Notes: generated by a model not told the origin, from the sequence alone. 32,000 nucleotides of DNA from Horticoccus luteus (GCF_019464535.1 NZ_CP080507.1:3690001-3722000); one strand, 5' to 3'. Shown: positions 1-12,121, counted from the stretch's first letter. A program made the numbers and translations.

Positions 1-1506
1 GCGGGCATCGCCGGGTATTTGATTCTCACCGTTTCCGTCTGGCTCTTCGTTCGGTTTCACAGCGGCTTTTCAGACGCGACGCTGACGGACTACCTCACTC
101 TTCCGCTTCGATGGGATGCCTATCGCGAAAAACGCGGACGGTGGGAGATTCGCCACGGCCTGCGCTTATTCGCGGAAGGTAAAGTACGCGATGCGCTGCC
201 GCGTTTGCGCGCGGGTGTGGCCCGCGTCCCACGCGATGTGGAGGCACGTCTCACGCTTGCGCGCGGCTACGCGATCGGGCGCCGGCTCGATCTCAGCGAG
301 GCTATCTTGCTCGATGGCGCTTCTTACGTGGGCGACGACCCGCGTTACGTCGGCGAAGTGCTTGAGTTTCTGTTTTTCCGTCAGGAAGACGACAAGGCGC
401 TGGCATTCTGCGCCCGAGAGTTGGCGAACTATCCTCACCTCAATGAAGAAACCAGAACGCTCCTCCAGCGGGGAGCGGCCACCGCCTGCTTTTTCCGCGG
501 CCATTTCGACGCCGCCGAAGACTGGTTGCAACGCGGCGGGCATCCTCTCGATCCCGTTTCCCGACTGCTGACGGCGCAGATCGAGTGGGAACGCGGTTAT
601 CCGGCACTCGCTATTACCCAGCTCGAAAGCCTCCTCGCCGACGCGCCGCCGGCGGCCGACGCCTACGATCTTTTGGTCAACTATTTGGTTGAGCAGCGCC
701 GATTTGGGGATGTTCAACGCATCAGCATCCAGCAACAGGTCGCTCAACCGCATCGAGCACGTCCGCGGGTGGATTACCTCCTCGCGTGTGAGCGACTTGG
801 AGAACGTCGCCGGGTCGACACCGAGACCGCCTCGATCTTGGCCGAATTCGCCGCCGACAACGATGGGGCCGCCAGCCTCGCGAGCTTCGCCGCGCAAAAC
901 GGCAACGTGCCGTTGGCCGCAGCGCTTGTGCAGCGGCGCACGGCGCTCGGTCTCGACGCTGTGCCCGCGCGCTTCGCGCTGGCAGAAGCTCTCACCAAGA
1001 TCCACGACTTCAAAGCCGCCCAAGTCGAACTGCAGCAACTGGCCGCGCCGGCCACCCTGCTTCCAAGTCAGGACGCGCTATTGCTCGGCCTTGAGGCCGT
1101 CGTCGCCGCTGGCTTGGGCGATTCCGGCGGCGTCCAACTCCATCTGACCGCGTTTCTAAGCCACCCGGCTGTTCGCGCCGACAATGTCGTCGCCGTCGCC
1201 GTTCGACTTCAAGAGCAGGGCGCTTCCAACTACGCCCGCTCCGCTCTTGAGACTGCCGTGCACCTCGATCCTCAAAATCAATTCGCACTCATGCACTTGA
1301 TCGACCTCGACGTGCAAAATACCAACCTCGCCGCGCTGCCATCCAATCTTCGCTCCTACCTGCAAACGCGGAAACCTTCCCCCACCGTCCTTGCGGCGGC
1401 GCGCACTAAACTTAGCAGCGATGCGTTTTTGTTTTCCGCCGACCGCACGGCCACCTTGGAGCTTCTCCGCGATGCCGCCCCGCGCTCATCGGCTCCGCGC
1501 GGCTAG
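1..1506 (+). CDS. TPR-like repeat protein with N-terminal hydrophobic segment; 5' end probably lies upstream of the window
   Basis: Open frame from base 1 with no upstream stop (track start at 19 is a TTG). Hydrophobic ILTVSVWLFV segment, then Ala/Leu-rich helical repeats resembling TPR. Stop TAG at 1504-1506. Confidence 0.55.
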   Translation, partial: AGIAGYLILTVSVWLFVRFHSGFSDATLTDYLTLPLRWDAYREKRGRWEIRHGLRLFAEGKVRDALPRLRAGVARVPRDVEARLTLARGYAIGRRLDLSEAILLDGASYVGDDPRYVGEVLEFLFFRQEDDKALAFCARELANYPHLNEETRTLLQRGAATACFFRGHFDAAEDWLQRGGHPLDPVSRLLTAQIEWERGYPALAITQLESLLADAPPAADAYDLLVNYLVEQRRFGDVQRISIQQQVAQPHRARPRVDYLLACERLGERRRVDTETASILAEFAADNDGAASLASFAAQNGNVPLAAALVQRRTALGLDAVPARFALAEALTKIHDFKAAQVELQQLAAPATLLPSQDALLLGLEAVVAAGLGDSGGVQLHLTAFLSHPAVRADNVVAVAVRLQEQGASNYARSALETAVHLDPQNQFALMHLIDLDVQNTNLAALPSNLRSYLQTRKPSPTVLAAARTKLSSDAFLFSADRTATLELLRDAAPRSSAPRG

Positions 1507-2589
1507 CACGTCGTCGAGCGCTTCCAGCAAACGGCGGTTTTGGCTCTCCGTGCCGACAGTCACCCGCACCCATTCGGGCATGCCGTAACCGCGCAATGGC
1601 CGCACAATCACGCCGCGCGCCTGCAAGCCGTTGAAAACCGCCGCGCCATCGCCGACGTGAATCAGCACGAAGTTCGCCGCACTCGGCACGTAGGTTAGCG
1701 CGCGGCTCCGGCAACCCGCATACAATTGCTCCAACCCTGCGGCGTTGGCCTCCCGGCACCGCTTCGCAAATTCTCCATCCGCCAGCGCAGCCGTCGCGGC
1801 GGCTTGCGCGATCGCATTAACGTTGAACGGCTGACGCACCCGTTCGAGCAGGCCGATCAACTCCGCATCGCCATAACCGTAGCCCACTCGCAACGCGGCG
1901 AGGCCGTAGATCTTGGAAAACGTCCGCAGCCCGATGACCGCTCTGCCCTCGGCGATCAACGGCCGAATATCGGGCGGCTGGGCGAGAAATTCCGCGTAAG
2001 CCTCGTCCACCACGCACACCACATGCCCCGGCAGAGCCCGCACGAATGCGCACAACTCCGCCTCGCTGTTCGTCACGCCCGTCGGATTGTTCGGCGTGGC
2101 GACGAAGACCAGCTTCGTGCGCGGCGTGATCGCTCGTCGCATCGCCGCCAAGTCATGCCCGTATTTCACGAGGGGCACTTCCACCGGCGTCGCCCCGAAC
2201 AGCAATGTCACGAGTTTATAGACGACGAACGCCGGCGCGCCCATCACCACTTCGTCGCCTGGCTCCAAAAAGACATGCCCCAAGAGCTCGATCACTTCGT
2301 TGGACCCGTTGCCCAACACGAATTGATCCGGCTTCAACTGCCAGTGCTTGGCCAACGCCTGCCGCAGCCGGTAACACCCGCCATCCGGATAAAGTTGAGC
2401 CTGATCGAGCGCCGCCCGCGCCGCGATGAGCGCCTTCGGAGAGGCTCCATGCGGATTCTCGTTCGACGCCACTTTGATGATCTCCGCTGGATCCAGGCCC
2501 AGCTCACGCGCCACGTCCTCGATCGGTTTTCCCGGCTCGTAGACCGGCTGTTGCAACACCGATTTTTTGGCCAGACCAGCGAAATTCAT
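1486..2589 (-). CDS. hisC: Histidinol-phosphate aminotransferase (class II PLP aminotransferase)
   Basis: Translation from MNFAGL carries hallmark HisC motifs: SNENPHG, GNGSNE, NPNNPTG, and TFSKIYGLAALRVGY with the PLP lysine. I chose the internal ATG at 2589 over the track start at 2625. Confidence 0.9.
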   Translation of the reverse strand: MNFAGLAKKSVLQQPVYEPGKPIEDVARELGLDPAEIIKVASNENPHGASPKALIAARAALDQAQLYPDGGCYRLRQALAKHWQLKPDQFVLGNGSNEVIELLGHVFLEPGDEVVMGAPAFVVYKLVTLLFGATPVEVPLVKYGHDLAAMRRAITPRTKLVFVATPNNPTGVTNSEAELCAFVRALPGHVVCVVDEAYAEFLAQPPDIRPLIAEGRAVIGLRTFSKIYGLAALRVGYGYGDAELIGLLERVRQPFNVNAIAQAAATAALADGEFAKRCREANAAGLEQLYAGCRSRALTYVPSAANFVLIHVGDGAAVFNGLQARGVIVRPLRGYGMPEWVRVTVGTESQNRRLLEALDDVLAARSR

Positions 2590-2671
2590 GCCCACCAGTG
2601 CAACGCCATCGCGCTGCCAGCCCAAGCAATTAATCGCGTGTGACGGAGTCGCCAGCCGCGCCTCGCCCGCC

Positions 2672-3286
2672 TTACTTCGTTCCGCGTGCCGGACTCACCG
2701 ACCGACTCGCCACGCGCACGAACTGCATCCCCGCAGCTCGCGCCGCCGCAATTCCCGGCTCAGCGTCCTCAAACACCAGACAACGCTCCGGTGCCACCCT
2801 CATGCGCTCAGCGGCCAGGAGGAAAGAATCCGGAGCCGGCTTCCCGTGCGTCACATCGTCCGCCGTGACGACGATCGAGAACAGTTGATCGAGCGCGTGA
2901 TGTTTCAACGTCCTCAGCACCACGTCACGCGGTCCGCCCGAGGCGACGCTTACCGGCGCAAATTTCGCGGCCTCCCGCGCAAACGACACCACTGCATCGA
3001 TCTGCTCTGCCCGCGGCAGTAGCGTCTGGAACCGCGTCTCCTTCGCCTCCCTCGCCGCTCGAAGATCGAAGCTCGCGCCGTAGTGAGCGCGAAACACCTC
3101 CGCCACTTGGAGCGCCGGCATCCCGCCCAGCGAATAAAACAACTCCTCATCCAGCTCGCGATTCACGCCGTGGTCGCGCAACGCATCGCGCCATGCCAGA
3201 TAGTGCAACGGCATCGTGTCGATCAACGTGCCATCGAGATCGAAGATATAGCCCTCAAAGCGTTCGCGGGGGAGATCGAGTTCCAT
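2672..3286 (-). CDS. HAD-superfamily hydrolase (beta-phosphoglucomutase-like subfamily IA)
   Basis: Starts MELDL at ATG 3286. HAD motif I is FDLDGTLIDT, motif II SGG, and motifs III/IV are GKPAPD ... VFEDAEPGIAAA. The upstream 50 aa of the track ORF is Gly/Arg junk. Confidence 0.8.
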   Translation of the reverse strand: MELDLPRERFEGYIFDLDGTLIDTMPLHYLAWRDALRDHGVNRELDEELFYSLGGMPALQVAEVFRAHYGASFDLRAAREAKETRFQTLLPRAEQIDAVVSFAREAAKFAPVSVASGGPRDVVLRTLKHHALDQLFSIVVTADDVTHGKPAPDSFLLAAERMRVAPERCLVFEDAEPGIAAARAAGMQFVRVASRSVSPARGTK

Positions 3287-3490
3287 CGAAACGTGCAAGC
3301 AGAGAACAGTCTCCCTCGAAGTAAAGCGAAACCCCGTGCCGCGGCGCCTCATCATCGGCCAGCAGCCAGCGCCGGCGCCTCCGCCGCCCCACGTCTCACC
3401 GAACCAACGTGCTGGCGCGCGCCGACCAGCCGACACGCCCCCGCCCCCGCGCTACACCCGCCCCGCACCTCACTCGCCTTCGTTCTCCAC

Positions 3491-3518
3491 AAAAAACCCG
3501 CTGCGAAACCGCAGCGGG
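3491..3518 (-). terminator. Rho-independent terminator downstream of the DUF5069 gene
   Basis: Perfect 9-bp stem cccgctgcg / cgcagcggg (3497-3505 / 3510-3518) with a 4-nt loop. On the minus strand it is followed by a T6 run (A6 at 3491-3496 on plus). It lies 28 nt after the stop at 3546. Confidence 0.7.
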
Positions 3519-3545
3519 CTTGTCCAAACTTGTTCGCGCTATCGC

Positions 3546-3992
3546 TCAGCGCAACTCTTGCGCGTGAAAGGCCGTCCAGTCGTCCAGCGCGTTGAGCTCC
3601 ACCGCCGAACCCGTGACCGACCCATCGCTCGGATAACCCGCCGCCTTCAAAATCCCCCCGCGCGTCTCGTCGTCGTGGTGGTAGTTGAGGATCGCCTGGT
3701 TGAGTTTGTAAACCGACGCCCGGTCGAGCTTCACGCCCGGCTGTGCCTTCACCCACGCCTCAAATTCCGGATAAGACGGATGTTTCTCCGTGATGAATTT
3801 CCGCACCGCGTCGGCCTGCAGCCCCAGACCGGTGATGACCATCTGGTCAAAACCCTTGCCGATCCCCGGATAACCCGCCGCGAGTTTGCCCCGCGCCTCC
3901 AGCGACACTTTCAGCCACAGCCGCGGCAGGTGTAAAACACCCAGCGGACCGGACACGTTGCACGGGATCATGGGAATAATCGAAGAACTCAT
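3546..3992 (-). CDS. DUF5069-like protein
   Basis: Start MSSSIIPM at ATG 3992. The segment GVLHLPRLWLKVSLEARGKLAAGYP resembles the conserved hLPR..dK...G.L motif of DUF5069. Assignment is by recollection only. Confidence 0.55.
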   Translation of the reverse strand: MSSSIIPMIPCNVSGPLGVLHLPRLWLKVSLEARGKLAAGYPGIGKGFDQMVITGLGLQADAVRKFITEKHPSYPEFEAWVKAQPGVKLDRASVYKLNQAILNYHHDDETRGGILKAAGYPSDGSVTGSAVELNALDDWTAFHAQELR

Positions 3993-4252
3993 AATGAAAA
4001 ACGCCGCGTTTGTGGTGATGATCCGGACCGCCGGCGGCAGACGGCGGTTGAATCGAAAAGAAAGGGGTCTCGTGAGCGTGCGCCCCTCCGCCCCAAGCGC
4101 AAGCCCGCCGCGCAACCATCGCCCGCTCCTGCGCCTTCATCGCGGTTTCTGGCGGACCCTACCGCCTTCACGGCAACGACCTTGCCCATTCTGATGACGG
4201 TCTTGCGGGAGCCGCGCCCAGGCAAATCCCCCTGCGCGGCCTCGTCATCGCG

Positions 4253-6609
<2,357 letters not shown>

Positions 6610-6756
6610 GTTCCCACGTTCCTCCGCCGCCTTCCCGAGTCAACCACCGCTCGTCGCGCCACCCCGCCCTCGGCCCAGATGGCACAACACCTCTCACTGC
6701 CTCCGCTGTGGCGAATCCCCCGCCGCAAGCCGTTTCCCGCCGGGCGCGCCTTCGCC

Positions 6757-8250
6757 TTACCGCGCCTTCTCCTTCGGCATTTGCGGCGGATGATGCAGCA
6801 CGTCGAGGATCTCGCTCTGCTTCGCTTTGTAGTTCGCCCACGCCGTCACGTCGTCGTTCGTCAGTCCGGCCTTCAACTGCTGGTAAGCCTCAACCTCCAA
6901 ATCCAGCATCCGCGTCATCCAGTCCCGCCGCAACGCCGTCAGCTTGCCCGGCGTGAGCTGCAACGCCGCCAGCCGGTCGCGAAAATTTTTATAAAACGGC
7001 AGACCTGTCTCCCCCAGCCACGTCGCGAGCGCCTTCGCGTCATGCGTTTGCTCATAGGCGGTAAACGCCTTCCGCTCCTCCTCATCGATCGCCTTTTCGC
7101 TCGCCGCGGCCGTCGCCGTCGCCTCGTCCCACGCAAATTCCTCCGTCGGCAGATAATTGTAACGCGGTGCGAAGTGCACGCCCACCGCGATCGCGATCGC
7201 CAGCACGACCACTCCCGCGAGAAATCGCCGCGGCCAGAGCGCCGCCCGCTGCTGCAAATCCAGCGGCAACGCCACGAGCCAGCCCAGCACGAACCCGCTC
7301 GCAAAACCGCCGATGTGCGCCGCGTTGTCGATGTGCGGATTCACGGCACCGTAAAACAAATTGAACGCCGCGAAGATCAACGTGCTCTTCATGATCGGCT
7401 GAAACACGCTGCGTGGCACCCCGTGCTTTTCACGCACGAAATACCCCAGCAGCGCTCCATACACGCCGAATACCGCACCCGAAGCGCCCGCGCTCCAAAG
7501 CGTATCGCCGTGCCAGCAGATCGTCGCGAGACTGCCCACCACGCCCGTCCCGAAATAGACCAGCGTATACAGCGATCGCCCCAGCAGCCGCTCCACCAGA
7601 TGCCCCGCTTGATAGAGCGCCCACATGTTGAACGCCACGTGCAGCACGCCGAAATGCAGAAACATGCTCGTGACGAGCCGCCACCATTCGCCATTCGTCG
7701 TCGCCGCCGCATTGTTCGCGCCGTAAAAAATATACGGTTTCATGCTCGCGGCCTCAAACCACCCCGCGCCGAGCAGCCCCATGGCGACAAACACGATCAA
7801 GTTCGCCGCCACGATGAGATTCGTCACCCACGCCATCGTCCCGCGCGGCCCGGCCAGGCGCGCCACCTGATCTTGAAACGCCAGCCCCTCGACAAACTCC
7901 GGGTCGTGCGTCGCCGGAAAAAACCGCGTCGCCGCGATCGCCTCCTCCTCGCTCGCGCAAAAGAACACAAACGGCCCGCGCTTCGCATCAGTCGACGCCT
8001 TCGTGCTGGTGAACTCCACCCGCCGCCCGCCGATCGCCACGTTGCGCACATCCTCCGCCAAAAACGCCAGTTCGATCTCGGGCCCCCGCGACATCATCCG
8101 CCGCACGTGTCCCCTGAAGACGAAGCGCCGCGGCGTCCGCTCGATGCGCAACACCCCCCGACCGCTCAACTCGCGGTTGGAGTCGCGCCCGGCTTGATAC
8201 TCGATCGGAAAAGTAAGGTCCGGCGCCCCCGCGCCCGCGTCTGCATCCAT
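6757..8250 (-). CDS. Rhomboid-family intramembrane serine protease with long N- and C-terminal soluble extensions
   Basis: Catalytic GASGAVFG serine motif and downstream AHIGGFASG histidine motif. WRLVTSMFLHFGVLHVAFNM segment and multiple TM helices. Start taken at ATG 8250 (MDADAG). Confidence 0.8.
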   Translation of the reverse strand: MDADAGAGAPDLTFPIEYQAGRDSNRELSGRGVLRIERTPRRFVFRGHVRRMMSRGPEIELAFLAEDVRNVAIGGRRVEFTSTKASTDAKRGPFVFFCASEEEAIAATRFFPATHDPEFVEGLAFQDQVARLAGPRGTMAWVTNLIVAANLIVFVAMGLLGAGWFEAASMKPYIFYGANNAAATTNGEWWRLVTSMFLHFGVLHVAFNMWALYQAGHLVERLLGRSLYTLVYFGTGVVGSLATICWHGDTLWSAGASGAVFGVYGALLGYFVREKHGVPRSVFQPIMKSTLIFAAFNLFYGAVNPHIDNAAHIGGFASGFVLGWLVALPLDLQQRAALWPRRFLAGVVVLAIAIAVGVHFAPRYNYLPTEEFAWDEATATAAASEKAIDEEERKAFTAYEQTHDAKALATWLGETGLPFYKNFRDRLAALQLTPGKLTALRRDWMTRMLDLEVEAYQQLKAGLTNDDVTAWANYKAKQSEILDVLHHPPQMPKEKAR

Positions 8251-8474
8251 AATTGAAAATCGACCGTCAAGCTGACCCGCCGCCTCCCACACGCAAGCGC
8301 CGGTTGCAGGTTGGCGGGAAGAACGACTTTTCGAAGCTCGCGATCCCGTGACAGGTTTGCCGATGCGTTTCGCCCGCCGCGTGCCCGCCAACCTCGCTCA
8401 CAACTCCGCTTCCAAAGGAAACGTCTTGGGATTCCTCACCCATCGGCACGCGATTTTTCTCCCAACCGTTGTCC

Positions 8475-8488
8475 GCGTGTATACACGC
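8475..8488. promoter_or_regulatory. Perfect 14-bp palindrome GCGTGTATACACGC in the divergent promoter region (candidate operator)
   Basis: Read directly: gcgtgta/tacacgc are exact reverse complements. It lies 142 bp upstream of the 8630 start and 225 bp upstream of the rhomboid start. Confidence 0.3.
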
Positions 8489-8629
8489 ATTCCACCCCAT
8501 CACCGATGATTTGGCGGGCCACCCCTTTCCCTTTGCTCCGTTCCGCTTGGCGATTCCCCCTTGGCCGGCCCGCTGGTTCGTCGCCCGCTTGCTTTCACCT
8601 GCGATCATCCGCCCCGCGCGGCTTTGCCC

Positions 8630-9613
8630 ATGACTCCGCCGAACCCGCCGCGCTCTGACAACGCGTCGCCACTCCGGCTGGCGATGCTGGGCATGATCGA
8701 TGGCAACGGCCACCCGTGGTCCTGGTCCGCGATCGTCAATGGCTACGACCCGGCGCGGATGTCCGCCTGTCCCTATCCCGTCATCCCGCGATACCTCGAC
8801 GCTCAGCCGCCCGGCACGGTCGGCATCGCTGGCGCCCGCGTCACTCATCTGTGGACCGATCGCCCCGCCGAGGCCGCGCCCGTCGCCGCCGCCACCTTTA
8901 TTCCACACGTCGTTGCGCGACCTGAGGACGTGATCGGTCAGGTCGACGCCGCCCTCATCGCCGTCGACGATGGCTTTGACCACGTCGAGCGCGCCCGCCC
9001 GTTCGTGGAGGCCGGCCTGCCGGTCTTCGTCGACAAGCCTCTCGCTCTCACCGTGGCCGATCTGCGCACCTTCATCGCCTGGCATCGCGCCGGCGCCCGC
9101 ATCTTCTCTTCGAGCGGCCTACGCTTCGCGCCGGAACTCGACACCCTGCAATCCCGCCTGGCCGAACTCGGAGCCCTGCGCTGGATCTCCGCCGTGAGCT
9201 GCAAAACGTGGGCGCGTTACGGCATCCACCTTCTGGAACCCGTCTTCCGGATCCTCGGACCAGGCTTCGTCTCCATCCGCCTCGAGTCCAGCTCCGCCGC
9301 CGAAATCGCTCACCTCGTCCACGCCAGCGGCGCCGAGGTCACCCTCCCCGTCATCAAAGACGGCGGAGCGACGTTCGGCACGCTGCATCTTTGCGGCACC
9401 GGCGGGCAGACTCATTTTCAATTCGCCGACACCTACACGAGTTTCCGGCGGCAGCTGGTCAACTTCATCGCCTACGCCCGCACCGGCGTGGAAACGTATC
9501 CCTTTACCGACACGATCGAACTCATGAGCGTCCTCATCGCCGGTCTCCGCAGCAGCACCGCCGGCGGCCGTCACGTGCCCATCGCCGAAATCCAATCCGA
9601 ACTTGCCCCATGA
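8630..9613 (+). CDS. Gfo/Idh/MocA-like oxidoreductase (divergent)
   Basis: Start MTPPNPP at ATG 8630. N-terminal LRLAMLGMIDGNGH nucleotide-binding-like strand-loop and FVDKPLA motif typical of the family. The stop overlaps the next start (ATGA at 9610-9613). Confidence 0.55.
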   Translation: MTPPNPPRSDNASPLRLAMLGMIDGNGHPWSWSAIVNGYDPARMSACPYPVIPRYLDAQPPGTVGIAGARVTHLWTDRPAEAAPVAAATFIPHVVARPEDVIGQVDAALIAVDDGFDHVERARPFVEAGLPVFVDKPLALTVADLRTFIAWHRAGARIFSSSGLRFAPELDTLQSRLAELGALRWISAVSCKTWARYGIHLLEPVFRILGPGFVSIRLESSSAAEIAHLVHASGAEVTLPVIKDGGATFGTLHLCGTGGQTHFQFADTYTSFRRQLVNFIAYARTGVETYPFTDTIELMSVLIAGLRSSTAGGRHVPIAEIQSELAP

Positions 9614-10431
9614 CCACTCGCCCGAGCCGTATCCTCCAACGCCTGCGTGCCGGAGCCCTGGCCACCTCGCTCAAAATCAACCTCTCGGATCCTCGCGTGA
9701 CGGAGATCGCCGGCCTCTCCGGCGTTGACGGCGTCTGGCTCTGCAACGAGCACGTCCCCAACGACTGGATCGGCCTCGAAAATCAAATTCGCGCCGCGCG
9801 CGTCCACGACATCGATACGCTCGTTCGCGTGAGCCGCGGGAGTTACAGCGACTACATTCGCCCGCTCGAAGCCGGCGCCACCGGCCTCATCGTGCCGCAC
9901 GTCGCCAACGCCGACGAAGCCCGCCAGATCGTCGAGTGGACGCGTTTCCATCCCCTCGGCAAACGCGCGCTCGATGGCGGCAACATCGATGGCCAGTTCT
10001 GCCTTCTGCCCCTCGAAGACTATCTTCACCAGTCCAACACCGAGCGCATCGTCGTGCTCCAGATCGAATCCCCCGAAGCGCTCGAACACGCCGAAGCCAT
10101 CGCGGCCGTGCCGGGCTTTGATGCGCTGCTTTTCGGCCCTGGCGATTTCAGCCACCGTCTCGGTCAGCCCGGCAAACTTGACGCCCCGGCCGTCGTCGCC
10201 GCGCGCAAACGCGTCGCCGCCGCCGCCCGCGCCCACGGCAAGTTCGCCATGACCGCCGGCCTCATCGCGCCCTTCGACGTCCTGATCGACGAAGGGTATC
10301 GGCTTTTCAACGTCGGCGCCGATGTCGTCGGCCTCGCCTCCTACGTCCGCCAGCGGCTCGACGTCATCACCCAGGCGGCCGACGCCCTCCCGCCCGGCAA
10401 GATCGCCCGGTCCCATTCCCCTTATGCCTGA
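9610..10431 (+). CDS. HpcH/HpaI-family aldolase (2-keto-3-deoxy sugar acid aldolase-like)
   Basis: Start MTTRPSRILQRL. Family-typical LKINLSDPRVTEIAGLSGVDGVWLCNEH, VRV, LQIESPEAL and FGPGDFS segments. The track ORF's 134 aa N-terminal extension is Arg/Pro junk. Confidence 0.8.
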   Translation: MTTRPSRILQRLRAGALATSLKINLSDPRVTEIAGLSGVDGVWLCNEHVPNDWIGLENQIRAARVHDIDTLVRVSRGSYSDYIRPLEAGATGLIVPHVANADEARQIVEWTRFHPLGKRALDGGNIDGQFCLLPLEDYLHQSNTERIVVLQIESPEALEHAEAIAAVPGFDALLFGPGDFSHRLGQPGKLDAPAVVAARKRVAAAARAHGKFAMTAGLIAPFDVLIDEGYRLFNVGADVVGLASYVRQRLDVITQAADALPPGKIARSHSPYA

Positions 10432-11197
10432 TCTCCGTTCGTTTTCGCTGCAGGATAAAGTCATCCTCCAGTTCGGCGGCTCCGGGCTCCTGGGCCGCGC
10501 ATTGATCGCTGATCTCTCCGCCGCCGGCGCCACCCTGGTCGTCGCTTCGCGTCAGGCCGGCGTCCTCGCCACTGAAACCAAACCCGCCGCCAACCTCCAC
10601 CTCGAAACCGTGGACCTGCTGGACGAAGCCTCCCTCCACGCCCTTCTCGAGCGCATCGCGCGCGACCACGGCCAGCTCCACGGCGTTGTCTACAATGCCG
10701 TCAACCGCCCCATGTCGGGCATGGATGCGCCACTCGCCGCCTGGGAAGAATCGATGCGCCTCAACGCCACCGGATTCTTCGCCGCCGTCCGCGCCTGCGG
10801 CGACGTGCTCGCCCGCGCAGGCCGCGGCAGCATCGTCAACATCTCCTCCCAAATGGGCGTGATCGGCCCCAATTATTTTCTCTACGAAGGCTCCGCGGCC
10901 AACATCTCGCCGGACTACTTTTTCCACAAGGGCGGTATGAACAACCTCACCCGGTATCTCGCCGCGCACTACGGCCGCAGCGGCGTCCGCGTCAACACTG
11001 TCTCCCCCGGCGGCATCTACAATCCCGTTAAGCCGCAGGCCGCCTCCTTCCTCGAGCGTTACGCCAAAATGACCATGCTCGGCCGCATGGCCGAGGCCCG
11101 CGAAATCGGCGGCGCCGTTACCTTCCTGCTGAGCGACGCCTCCACTTACATCACCGGCGCCAATCTCCCCGTCGACGGCGGCTACACCGCAAAGTAA
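10424..11197 (+). CDS. Short-chain dehydrogenase/reductase (SDR)
   Basis: GGSGLLG glycine-rich loop, NAV motif, and an S...Y...K-type region (ISSQMG ... YFFHKGG). C-terminal ITGANLPVDGGYTA. Overlaps the previous gene by 8 nt. Confidence 0.85.
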   Translation: MPDLRSFSLQDKVILQFGGSGLLGRALIADLSAAGATLVVASRQAGVLATETKPAANLHLETVDLLDEASLHALLERIARDHGQLHGVVYNAVNRPMSGMDAPLAAWEESMRLNATGFFAAVRACGDVLARAGRGSIVNISSQMGVIGPNYFLYEGSAANISPDYFFHKGGMNNLTRYLAAHYGRSGVRVNTVSPGGIYNPVKPQAASFLERYAKMTMLGRMAEAREIGGAVTFLLSDASTYITGANLPVDGGYTAK

Positions 11198-11348
11198 GCC
11201 ACTCGCGAACGATCGGCTGAACTCACACTCATTGTGAGCCGCGCGATTACCCGGCCGGAAATCAACGCCCGTTTCGACGCCCTCGACCGCGGCAAACGCG
11301 CGCCCCAGGTCATTGATTTCGCCTCCTGACACTCACTCCCTCTCCACC

Positions 11349-12119
11349 ATGTCATCCCTTGCAGGAAAAGTCGTCTGGGTCACCGGCGGCGCCGGTTATC
11401 TGGGCTCCCCCATCACGTGCGCGCTCGATGCCGCCGAGGCGAAAGTCCTCTGCATCGAACTCCCCGGCCGCGCCGCTCAACTCGTGCAGGACGAATCGCT
11501 CCGGCACACGATTCCCGTCGAACTCGACATCGAGGATCTCGCCGCGCAACCCGCCAGGATTGCCGCCCTCATCGCCGCTCACGGCGCTCCCCACGGCCTG
11601 ATCCATCTGCCCTTCGCCTCCTCCTCGGGCAAAACCATGGAGGAAATCACCAGCGACGACATGAACGCCACCCTCACGCGTTCGCTGACGCCCGCCTTCG
11701 CATTCTGCCGCACCGTCGCGACCGCGATGTCCACCCACGGTGGCGGCAGCATCGTGCTTTTTTCCAGCATGTATGGCTTGGTGTCGCCCGACCCCAAAAT
11801 CTACCTTGCGCCGATGGCGCCCAACCCCATCGACTACGGCGCGAGCAAAGCCGCGCTCATCCAGATGTGCCGCTATCTCGCGGTGCATTTCGGCCCCCGC
11901 AACGTGCGCATCAACTGCATCGCTCCCGGACCTTTTCCGAATCCAAAAATCCAGGCGCAACTGCCGCAATTCATCGAGAACCTCAAGGCGAAGACCGCGC
12001 TCGGCCGCATCGGCCGCCGCGACGAAGTCGCCGGCCCCGCGCTCTTCCTCATCTCCGACGCCGCCTCCTACGTCACCGGTCAAACCCTCGTCGTCGACGG
12101 CGGTTGGACCGCCTGGTGA
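11349..12119 (+). CDS. Short-chain dehydrogenase/reductase (SDR)
   Basis: TGGAGYLG cofactor loop, SSMYG ... YGASKAA catalytic triad region, and C-terminal VTGQTLVVDGGWTAW. Confidence 0.85.
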   Translation: MSSLAGKVVWVTGGAGYLGSPITCALDAAEAKVLCIELPGRAAQLVQDESLRHTIPVELDIEDLAAQPARIAALIAAHGAPHGLIHLPFASSSGKTMEEITSDDMNATLTRSLTPAFAFCRTVATAMSTHGGGSIVLFSSMYGLVSPDPKIYLAPMAPNPIDYGASKAALIQMCRYLAVHFGPRNVRINCIAPGPFPNPKIQAQLPQFIENLKAKTALGRIGRRDEVAGPALFLISDAASYVTGQTLVVDGGWTAW

Positions 12120-12121
12120 AT

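Noticed and set aside
11234-11329. 31-codon ORF (VSRAITRPEINARFDALDRGKRAPQVIDFAS) between the two SDR genes
   Set aside because: It is too short, has a GTG start with no supporting signal, and no recognisable family. I kept it only as a note together with the CTCACA/TGTGAG inverted repeat.
11352-12121. C-terminal 256 aa of the 402 aa minus-strand ORF
   Set aside because: It is entirely antisense to the well-supported SDR gene and has junk composition. Only the 12122-12714 part shows protein-like (TonB_C) sequence.
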